A stretch of 64,000 nt of DNA. Origin: Armatimonadota bacterium (GTDB lineage Bacteria > Armatimonadota > SYMT01). Location: NCBI GenBank assembly GCA_041690135.1, contig JAWLHY010000018.1, positions 64,001 to 128,000 on the forward strand, read 5' to 3'. Under the pieces are notes generated by a model, which was not told the origin of the DNA, made no database searches, and saw only the letters and a program-made list of their open reading frames with translations. A program made the translations under genes and the position numbers. Of this stretch, positions 56,463-64,000 are shown one piece after another; position 1 is the first letter of the stretch, and every line of letters starts with the position of its first letter.

Positions 56463-57200
56463 TCAGTCGTCCGACAGGTTCCGGCGCTCGCTTGAGTCGC
56501 GCTGGGGTCGTGGAATTTCACGGTCACGGATCAGCCGAGAGAGGGATGAACCTCCGGGCAGGCCCCGGGTTCCGTTCTGCAGGGCACGATCCACTCCACT
56601 CCAGGTCTCCCCCGGCACATCCGGGACGGGTCCGCGTGAAGAGGTGGGCCAGCGCCCATGCTTTCGGTAGTAGGCCTCGGCCCAGTTGAAAATAGCCTCT
56701 TCGGAGAGGGGCGCGCGCGTGGCCGACCCCGAGACTCCTCGCTCCTCCGCCAGGAGGCGGGCCAGGGACTTGCCTCCGGGAAGTCCCCGCAAGCCCTGGC
56801 TGAGGGCTCGATCCACTCCGGACCAGCTTTCTCCCGCCGTACTCGGGATAGGCCCGCTGGAAACCGTGGGGTACCGCCCGTTTTCCACGCGGTAGGCGTC
56901 CGCCCAGGCAAGAATTTGTTCAATCGTCAAGGGCGGACGCGGCGGCCGTACCTTCCGTCCCATCCGGTCCGCGAGGAGACGGGCCAACGAGGACCCTCCC
57001 GGTAAACCGCGTCCGCCGTACTGGAGCGCGGCATCGACGCCACGCCAGGTCAGCTCCGGCGCTTCCTCAACCGGCGCGGCAGTCGCCGTGGGCCACTTGC
57101 CGGTGCGCCGATGGTGGGCCTCCGCCCAGGACAGGACTTCTTCTTCTGTCAACTGACGCTTGGGAACGGCAGTTCGGTTAGGAACGCGTTCGTCACTCAT
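56463..57200 (-). CDS. hypothetical protein of three ~75-aa tandem repeats
   Basis: L..E.I..WA.A.....G.WPT....P.......W.GVD.AL..G.RGLPGG.SL.RL repeated three times. Confidence 0.8.
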   Translation of the reverse strand: MSDERVPNRTAVPKRQLTEEEVLSWAEAHHRRTGKWPTATAAPVEEAPELTWRGVDAALQYGGRGLPGGSSLARLLADRMGRKVRPPRPPLTIEQILAWADAYRVENGRYPTVSSGPIPSTAGESWSGVDRALSQGLRGLPGGKSLARLLAEERGVSGSATRAPLSEEAIFNWAEAYYRKHGRWPTSSRGPVPDVPGETWSGVDRALQNGTRGLPGGSSLSRLIRDREIPRPQRDSSERRNLSDD

Positions 57201-57760
57201 TGCATTTTTCCGGTGTGGGCTCAGCCCCTCCGCGCGCGGCGGAGACAGCCGGTCTGACAACCCAAAGGTTACAGAATTCTTCCTTAGGGTAACGGTTTGC
57301 TTGGTGGATTGGCAACTAGAGTTCCGTGTGATACGGGCACGATTTTCGGTGCGATAGATTGAATTCTTTTATCCTACTCCATCATTGAAGGGTCATGCTA
57401 TAAACTTGGGAAATGTAATTGGAGATGCAGTCATCCCAGGCACGCCAATGCCTTGGGACAGTGCCGGAATGCTAATGCTCCATATAGAGCTTTTCAATAA
57501 GAATAGTTGGCATGTGCTCGCTTTGCAAGTTGGCAGGGGCTAATTCCATCCAATGGTGGGGCCAGCGCACCCGTCCCCATTCGGGACACCGCTACCCCCT
57601 TGGGGAGGGCACGGGGAGACCGGTCCCGAACGTAGCGGGGAAGTTCTTGCGTTACGGACACGGGATGTGAGCCTACGAGAAGGTTGGAGGGAGCAGAGCC
57701 CCTCCTCACTTGCCGGAAGTCGCTCCGGATCGCCGTTCCGCAGATCGGGGTTTCAAGCAG

Positions 57761-59035
57761 ATGCGTGAAAGATGGGTCCTTTCTCTGGTGATGCTGCCGG
57801 TGATCGGTGCGGCCGCGTTGGTACCGGTGAGTGCGCCGAACGCGGCGCCCGGTGGAATTACCTGGCGCAAGCAGGTGCTCGACCGGAAGTTCCGCGCGGA
57901 GGGAGCGGCGGCCGCGGATGTCAACCGGGACGGGAAAATGGATGTCTTCGCCGGCAACTTCTGGTATGAGGCGCCGGACTGGAAACCGCACGCTATCCGT
58001 CCCGCTAAAGAGTTTGAGCCCGCGACAGGCTACAGCAACTGCTTCCTCACGTTCGCGGAAGACGTGGATCGGGATGGTTGGACCGATCAACTGGTGATCG
58101 GTTTTCCGGGGGACAAGTCACTCTGGTACCGCAACCCCGGCCGGAGCGGAAGTGAGTGGACGGAGCACCTGGTTGCGGAGAGTGCCTGCAACGAGAGCCC
58201 CATCTACGCGGATCTGAACGGGGATCGGCGACCGGAGCTGATTACGCCTTACAAGGAATCCCGAATGGCTTACTACCAGCCCGGTAAGAAACCGCTGGAG
58301 CGATTCGAGCAGTTCCTGATCGGGTCGGAGAACGGGCCGGGCACCAAGAAGTTTTCACACGGCCTGGGGGTCGGCGACATCGATGGGGACGGCGCTCCGG
58401 ACATCCTCTGCTCCGAGGGGTTTTACCGGAATCCCGGTTACGAGGCTCGACCCCGGCGCAACCTGTTCTCACGTTTGTTCGGAGCGGATCCGAAGCCCGG
58501 GCGAAAGATCAAGCCAGGTGCATGGGAGTTCGTTCCCGCCGCTCTCGGGCCGGCGTGCGCACAGATGTACACCCACGACTTCGACCGTGACGGCGACATG
58601 GATGTCATCAGCAGCTCGGCGCACGCCGTGGGCGTGTGGTGGTACGAGCAGCGGCCGGGAAAGAAATCCGGGCATCCGGAGTTCGTTCAGCACACCATCG
58701 ACGATACCTTTTCGCAGACCCACTCCCTGATGCCGGCGGATATCAATGGCGACGGACAGGTGGATTTCGTGACGGGCAAACGCTGGTGGGCCCATGGCCC
58801 GAAGGGCGATGTGAACCCGAACGATCCCGCGGTTCTCTACTGGTTCGAATTCCGCACGACCCGCAGAAGGGGGAAAGACGTTCCGGCACGCGTGGAATGG
58901 AAGCGCCACCTGATCGATAGCGATTCAGGGGTCGGCACCCAGTTCAGTGTCGCTCACATGAACCGGGACCGCCGCCCCGACCTGGTGATCTCCAACAAGA
59001 AGGGGGTCTTCGTCTTTACGCAGGAGTCCCGATGA
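57761..59035 (+). CDS. secreted FG-GAP/VCBS repeat (beta-propeller) protein
   Basis: Signal peptide; repeated D.N.DG..D motifs. Confidence 0.88.
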   Translation: MRERWVLSLVMLPVIGAAALVPVSAPNAAPGGITWRKQVLDRKFRAEGAAAADVNRDGKMDVFAGNFWYEAPDWKPHAIRPAKEFEPATGYSNCFLTFAEDVDRDGWTDQLVIGFPGDKSLWYRNPGRSGSEWTEHLVAESACNESPIYADLNGDRRPELITPYKESRMAYYQPGKKPLERFEQFLIGSENGPGTKKFSHGLGVGDIDGDGAPDILCSEGFYRNPGYEARPRRNLFSRLFGADPKPGRKIKPGAWEFVPAALGPACAQMYTHDFDRDGDMDVISSSAHAVGVWWYEQRPGKKSGHPEFVQHTIDDTFSQTHSLMPADINGDGQVDFVTGKRWWAHGPKGDVNPNDPAVLYWFEFRTTRRRGKDVPARVEWKRHLIDSDSGVGTQFSVAHMNRDRRPDLVISNKKGVFVFTQESR

Positions 59036-60399
59036 GCCACGGAATCACCTCAACCGACCCTCACCCCGGAAGCCCGCGCCGCGGCTTCCTCGCCTGGTGG
59101 CACGGAGTTCCGCTCTATCTGCGAATTCTCGGTGCGCTGCTGTTGGGGGTGCTGGTCGGCGCCGTGATCCAGCAGACCGCGGGGGAAGCCGCTGAAGGCT
59201 ATGCCCGTGCCCTGGAAGAGCCGAGTAAGCTGATTCTGCGGGTGCTAGGTGCGCTCGCACCGCCGCTCATTCTGGTGGCGATCATCCATGCGTTGATGAC
59301 GGCGGAACTCGGCGGAAACCGGGCGGCACGAATGGCGGGGCTTCTGATTCTGAACACCCTTGTCGCCATCATCATCGGCCTGTTCGTCGCCAATCTCATT
59401 CGGCCGGGCCAACACGCCCGCTTGACGCCGGAGCGAGCCCCGACCCTGGCGGAGCGGGCTACTGATCCGGAAGAGCGCCGCAATCTGGAGTTCCTCGAGA
59501 AGTACGGCTTCCGGCCGTCCGCCGCCGAGCGCAGGGATCCCCTCTCGCAGTTCCTCGATAACGTTCCGGACAGCCTGCTGCGGCCGCTGGTGGAAACCAA
59601 TAAGGTCATCGGCGTCATTTTCGTAGCGGTGGCGTTCGGGATCGCGCTGCGGAGTCAGCGTCGCCGAAAACTGGAGACGGTGGAAGACCTGGTCGACGTG
59701 GCCTTCCAGTCGCTGCTGGTCGTCCTCCATTGGGTCATCCAGGTGGTGCCGTTGGGGGTGTTCGGCATTGTCGCCGCTATCGTGGCGAAATCGGGGTTCG
59801 CGCCCTTCGCCGCCCTGGGCGCCTTCATTCTCTCCGTGCTGCTGGCGCTGACCCTGCAAGCCGTCTACTACCTGGTGCGGGTGCGGTTCGCCTCGTGGGT
59901 TAATCCGCTGGACCTGATTCGCGGTACGCGCGACGCCCTGGTGATGGCATTCTCCACCGCCAGTTCCACGGCGACGATGCCTGTCACCTATGAATGCCTG
60001 CGGGACAAAGTGAAGATCCGGGAAGAGTCCGCCAGCATGGGGGCGCTCGTGGGGGCGAATTTCAACAACGATGGGACGGCTCTCTACGAGGCGATGTCGG
60101 CCTTGTTCATCTCGCAGATGCTGGGGATGAACCTGCCGCTCGAAAAGCAGATCATCGTGGTGCTGACTTCGGTAGTCGCGTCGGTGGGTGCGGCCGGCAT
60201 CCCCGAGGCCGGCCTGGTAACCATGACCCTGGTGTTCAAGTCCGTGGGGCTACCGACGGAGTACATCGCCCTGTTAATTACCGTGGACTGGTTCCTGGAC
60301 CGCTGCCGCACCGCCATCAACGTGATGGGCGACACCAACGTGAGCTGTATCCTCGACGGCAAAGTCTCGCCGAAAGCGGCCGGTGCCATGACGGATTAG
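59032..60399 (+). CDS. dicarboxylate/amino acid:cation symporter (DAACS)
   Basis: AFSTASS.AT.P, GANFNNDGTALY, S.GAAGIP.AG, DWFLDR.RT..NV.GD. Confidence 0.93.
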   Translation: MSHGITSTDPHPGSPRRGFLAWWHGVPLYLRILGALLLGVLVGAVIQQTAGEAAEGYARALEEPSKLILRVLGALAPPLILVAIIHALMTAELGGNRAARMAGLLILNTLVAIIIGLFVANLIRPGQHARLTPERAPTLAERATDPEERRNLEFLEKYGFRPSAAERRDPLSQFLDNVPDSLLRPLVETNKVIGVIFVAVAFGIALRSQRRRKLETVEDLVDVAFQSLLVVLHWVIQVVPLGVFGIVAAIVAKSGFAPFAALGAFILSVLLALTLQAVYYLVRVRFASWVNPLDLIRGTRDALVMAFSTASSTATMPVTYECLRDKVKIREESASMGALVGANFNNDGTALYEAMSALFISQMLGMNLPLEKQIIVVLTSVVASVGAAGIPEAGLVTMTLVFKSVGLPTEYIALLITVDWFLDRCRTAINVMGDTNVSCILDGKVSPKAAGAMTD

Positions 60400-60403
60400 A
60401 AGG

Positions 60404-63016
60404 TTATCTGCCCCGTCCACTCAGGTTGATGTTCAAGACCCTCTTTCGCGGATCCGTGCTGGTGATTGCCAGCTTGCCGGAGAACCGACCCTTGGCAGGC
60501 GGAGTGAAGCTCACTTCAATCTCCCGCGTCTCGCCGGGGGCCAGGGGAAACTCTGGTCGCGTCGCAGGGCCGACAAAGGGTGCCGGCGTCCAGCCGACCA
60601 GCGCGGCGATGAACTCGCGTCCGGTATTTTTGATCCGTAGCTTCCGGGTCACCGGTGGTGATCCGAGCTTCACGTTGCCGAAGTTCAACGTCCTCGGCGT
60701 GACTACCAGTCTTCCTCCGGGCGGAACATAGGCGCTCGTGATTTTTGCGACGAACGCATCCGTGATCTCGGCGATGGGCGTTCGCCGGTTGGATTTTCGG
60801 GCTGCCTGCGCCTGGATGGCGTTGGCGGTCTCGAAGTTCTTGAGGAAGACATCCCCGGTCAGGTACATATTGCCGAGTGCGTCGACAGCGATGGCCTGTG
60901 CGGACGCGAGGATGAACGAAGTCGAGACGATCTCCGTTCCGGTCGGATTGAGCCGCGCCACGAAGGTCCCCCGCGCGAAGTTGGGAGGCATCTCGGTGCG
61001 GATAGGGTAGGTCCGATCCGTGTCGCCCACCACGTACACATGTCCGTCCGCCCGCAGGCCGATATCCACCCCCAGGTTCGCCGCGATGAAGGTGGTGTAA
61101 ACCAGGCTACTCCCCTCCGGGTTCAGTTTCACCACGCAGGCGTAACGCTGGCCGGTGCCGAAAGACGTGTGATTCTCAATGGCGCGGGGGAAGTCCTTGG
61201 ATGAGATGTAGCCGGTGATGTAGGCGTTTCCCTGCGGATCGACCGCGATGCCCTTTCCGAAGTCGGTGCTGCTTCCCCCGAGGTAAGTGGAATAGACCAG
61301 TTCCCCCGCGCGACTTACTTTGCTGACGAAGAAGTCGTTGAAGCCACCGCCGAAAAGTGGCTGAACGGCATTGAGTACCGGGAAGTTGTTACTGTCTTTC
61401 GTGGGGACGTAGGTGGTACCCACGATGTAGACGTCTCCCGCACCGTCTACGGCCATGCCGGCGGGTTCGTCGATTCCGTTGTTTCCGCCCAGGTAGCTGG
61501 AATAGGCCAGAGCCGTGCCGGCGGCATTGAAGCGGGCCACGAACACATCTCCGCGTCCCCCATCTCCCGAATCCTGGAACGGGTTGACCAGCGGGAAGAA
61601 GAAGTCGTCGAAAGTGATGCCGCACACGGTGGCTTCTCCCTGGTTGGACACGGTGATGCAGCGCCCACCGTCCGGTTCCGGAGCTCCGAGGTAGGTGGAG
61701 AAGATCAATCCGGAGCCTTCGGGATTGAGTTTGGTGACGAACGCGTCCGGAGCATCTTGTGAATCCTTGCCGGTGCTTCGCACGGGTTGGACGGCATTCA
61801 ATACCGGAAAATCATCCGAGTTGGTAGCGCCCGTCAGATAGGCGTGGCCGCTCCCATCCACCGCAATGTCGTAACCCGCTTCGCCCCGGCTGCCGCCGAG
61901 ATAGGTGGCGTAGACCAGTTGGGAGCCGTCCGGGCTGATCTTGGCCACGAACAGGTCGCCGTGGTAATCCACCCCGTCCGGTCCGGCGTAGTTGGACTGA
62001 AATGCCCCAGGTGTCACGGGAAAGTCGGCCGAGGTCGTGGTTCCCATGACGTAGGCGCAGCCGTCGGCATCGGCGGCGATGGAGCTCAGGCGGATATCAG
62101 CGTCGACGAAGTTCTCCGAGCGCGACCCGCCCAGGTACGTGGAATAGACGATCACGGGATCGATGACCAGCGGCCGCGAGCGATCGTAATCGGCCAACCG
62201 GAAGCCGACCTCCGGAGCCGCCGCACCCTCAACCGGGAGGAGTGTGTACTCACCCATGACCGGAATGCGCTTGCCCCCGCGCTCCTGGTAGATGGTTGGC
62301 CGCGGCTTCCGGATCTCGCCGCTCGCGGTGCGCAACACCAGTGCGCCTTGAGCATCGATCTCCAGGGGCGGAGTGCCATTCGTTCCCAGGAGGCCGTCGA
62401 AGGCCAGGCGGATCACCGAGGGATCCGCCCCGGGATGGACGATGAAGTCGTACTCCAGCAACCCCTCGCGCCCGTAGTAGTCCAGGTCGATGCCGGCGTA
62501 GATGGCCGTGTAGTGGGCGCGCCCGTAGGTGGGCACTTCCCGCTTCCATCTCCGGGGATCCCGACCCATCAGGTAGTTCACCCGGCCCAGACCCGGATCG
62601 ATGAGCTCGCCCCGGGCATCGGGATTGGCGCCTACCAGGCGCATTCTCACCGTGGTCGCGGTGGCGGCTCGGCCCTTCCTCTGGAAGTCCCGCATGACTT
62701 TGGGCGAATTACCGCCGTTCTGGTCGTCTTCCCGTCGCTCATTGCGAAGACGCAGCACCGCCGCGTCCGGTTGGAGCAGGAGTGTGTATCCCCGTCCGCG
62801 CGAGAGGAAGTCCACCTCCGGTACGGCCTGCCCCAGGTTCGGTTCGAAGTGGGCCGATAGCCGCGCCTCATAACCCGGAGTTTCGGGGCTGTCCGGGTCG
62901 GAGGGACTGGCAGCGGAATTGCAGACGCCGAGCCCAGCGACCAGGCTCAGGGTGAGACACGCAAGGAGGGGGCGGTTGAAGATCATAAGGACGGTAGGTA
63001 GTAGGTGGGTGCTCAC
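60404..63016 (-). CDS. secreted SBBP beta-propeller repeat protein with C-terminal Ig-like (ASH/choice-of-anchor D-like) domain
   Basis: FEPN.GQ, LEYDF.V.PGADP, IDP...YSTYLGG, repeated YSTYLGG/DAFV.K; P..L.FG.V. Confidence 0.88.
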   Translation of the reverse strand: MSTHLLPTVLMIFNRPLLACLTLSLVAGLGVCNSAASPSDPDSPETPGYEARLSAHFEPNLGQAVPEVDFLSRGRGYTLLLQPDAAVLRLRNERREDDQNGGNSPKVMRDFQRKGRAATATTVRMRLVGANPDARGELIDPGLGRVNYLMGRDPRRWKREVPTYGRAHYTAIYAGIDLDYYGREGLLEYDFIVHPGADPSVIRLAFDGLLGTNGTPPLEIDAQGALVLRTASGEIRKPRPTIYQERGGKRIPVMGEYTLLPVEGAAAPEVGFRLADYDRSRPLVIDPVIVYSTYLGGSRSENFVDADIRLSSIAADADGCAYVMGTTTSADFPVTPGAFQSNYAGPDGVDYHGDLFVAKISPDGSQLVYATYLGGSRGEAGYDIAVDGSGHAYLTGATNSDDFPVLNAVQPVRSTGKDSQDAPDAFVTKLNPEGSGLIFSTYLGAPEPDGGRCITVSNQGEATVCGITFDDFFFPLVNPFQDSGDGGRGDVFVARFNAAGTALAYSSYLGGNNGIDEPAGMAVDGAGDVYIVGTTYVPTKDSNNFPVLNAVQPLFGGGFNDFFVSKVSRAGELVYSTYLGGSSTDFGKGIAVDPQGNAYITGYISSKDFPRAIENHTSFGTGQRYACVVKLNPEGSSLVYTTFIAANLGVDIGLRADGHVYVVGDTDRTYPIRTEMPPNFARGTFVARLNPTGTEIVSTSFILASAQAIAVDALGNMYLTGDVFLKNFETANAIQAQAARKSNRRTPIAEITDAFVAKITSAYVPPGGRLVVTPRTLNFGNVKLGSPPVTRKLRIKNTGREFIAALVGWTPAPFVGPATRPEFPLAPGETREIEVSFTPPAKGRFSGKLAITSTDPRKRVLNINLSGRGR

Positions 63017-63066
63017 TGCGGAAAGTGCGGTGGCGACACCGATCCGACTCGCGCCGTGGGCGGGTA

Positions 63067-63092
63067 GTTTCGCCTACCTGCCAGAAGGGTAA
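63067..63092 (+). promoter_or_regulatory. SigB/SigF-type promoter
   Basis: GTTT-N16-GGGTAA, 51 nt before ATG 63143. Confidence 0.6.
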
Positions 63093-63142
63093 GGGCGAGT
63101 AGGCGCCAGTTCGTTGGGACCAACCCAAAGGAGGGAAAGCCG

Positions 63143-63919
63143 ATGCGATCCAGTCGAGCAGTGGCTACGGCCGCCATCGCAGCCACCGTGCTGCCTTTGT
63201 GTGCAATGGTCGGTCTCCAGGGGGCGAAAGCGCAAGGCAGGCAGGGGTCTACCACCCCCAATGCCGCCGCGGCCGAGGTGATGCGCGTGTACCAGGGGGT
63301 CTCCGACCGCGGCAGCATCCAGGAAGCCCTGGACAACGCCGTGGGCTCCGCACTCAATTCACTCCCGGGCGCGGATCGGATGGTCCGTTACCGGGTGCGG
63401 GAGATCACGGGCGAACAGGGCGGAATCGCCGGCATAAACCGGGTGCGGGTCTCCATCGAAACACTCGATGCCGAGCCGATCCGCAGCCCACGGAACTCCG
63501 GCCAGGCGCCGGTCGAAAACCTGCCAGGGGCGCTGACCTCCGAGTTGACGCTCCGCCCAAACCGCGTGCGCCAGGGCCAGACGGCGACCTTCGAGCTAAC
63601 CGTGCGGAACCGGTCGGACCAGCCCGCCCGCATTACCTTTCCCACCGGCCAGCAGTTTGATTTCGAGGTCTGGAGGGACAACCGGAGGGTGTGGCGGTGG
63701 AGCCAGGACCAGGCTTTCACCCAGGCAACCAGTGCGCTCGCCCTCCGACCAGGCCAGGCGATCACTTTCACCGGCCGCTGGAATCTGCGGAACGACCTGG
63801 GAGAGCGGGTCATCCCCGGCCGCTATGAGGTGCGCGGCTTCCTGGCTTCCGGAACCGACGGACGGAATATCGGCAAGCTGGTGGGAGATACCGAGCCACT
63901 AACCGTGACGCAGCGGTAA
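63143..63919 (+). CDS. secreted protein with dodecin-like N-domain and BsuPI-like proteinase inhibitor Ig domain
   Basis: Signal peptide; G.S...SIQEAL.NAV; F.LTV.N.......F.TGQ.FDF.V......VW.WS....F.QA. Confidence 0.7.
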   Translation: MRSSRAVATAAIAATVLPLCAMVGLQGAKAQGRQGSTTPNAAAAEVMRVYQGVSDRGSIQEALDNAVGSALNSLPGADRMVRYRVREITGEQGGIAGINRVRVSIETLDAEPIRSPRNSGQAPVENLPGALTSELTLRPNRVRQGQTATFELTVRNRSDQPARITFPTGQQFDFEVWRDNRRVWRWSQDQAFTQATSALALRPGQAITFTGRWNLRNDLGERVIPGRYEVRGFLASGTDGRNIGKLVGDTEPLTVTQR

Positions 63920-64000
63920 ACACGCGGCTCAAGATCCGGCCGCCAGCCATACCGCCATTCCACCGGGCTCGCGATTCCCCCACGCGTAATAAGGCACCGC

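Noticed and set aside
57268-57292. Fourth SigB/F-like promoter GTTA-N15-GGGTAA
   Set aside because: Imperfect -35 and about 470 nt from the next plus-strand gene; not counted.
57500-57530. Sigma-54 promoter (TTGGCATG...GC)
   Set aside because: The GG to GC spacing does not fit the strict -24/-12 geometry.

Overview
GC-rich bacterial chromosome segment with about 60 genes. The gene content suggests Armatimonadota or a Planctomycetota-like lineage, but this is inference only. It contains a sugar/amino-sugar catabolic cluster (1-9.5 kb), the rpmH-rnpA-yidD-yidC-jag cassette without dnaA, tRNA-Asn(GTT), aat, folB, a SigB/F-type sigma factor with a STAS antagonist, hrcA-grpE with a CIRCE box, and many secreted hydrolases and repeat proteins. 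The main unusual items are: (1) a ClpA/B-type double AAA+ ATPase with an LGF loop, fused to an RF2-like domain lacking GGQ and SPF (52270-55629); (2) an ArsC/Spx-family selenoprotein missed by the ORF track, with an in-frame TGA in UxxC and a SECIS-like hairpin (24280-24624); (3) an RNase Z-like MBL hydrolase fused to CoaD/PPAT, convergent with a degenerate class III cyclase-TM-inactive caspase protein; (4) an unassigned ~105-nt structured RNA with its own -10 element and terminator, upstream of a catalytically degenerate eIF2B-like gene; (5) an orphan integron cassette with an attC site near tRNA-Asn; (6) recurring GTTT-N16/17-GGGTAA promoters. All calls come from motif recognition by eye; no database searches were run.
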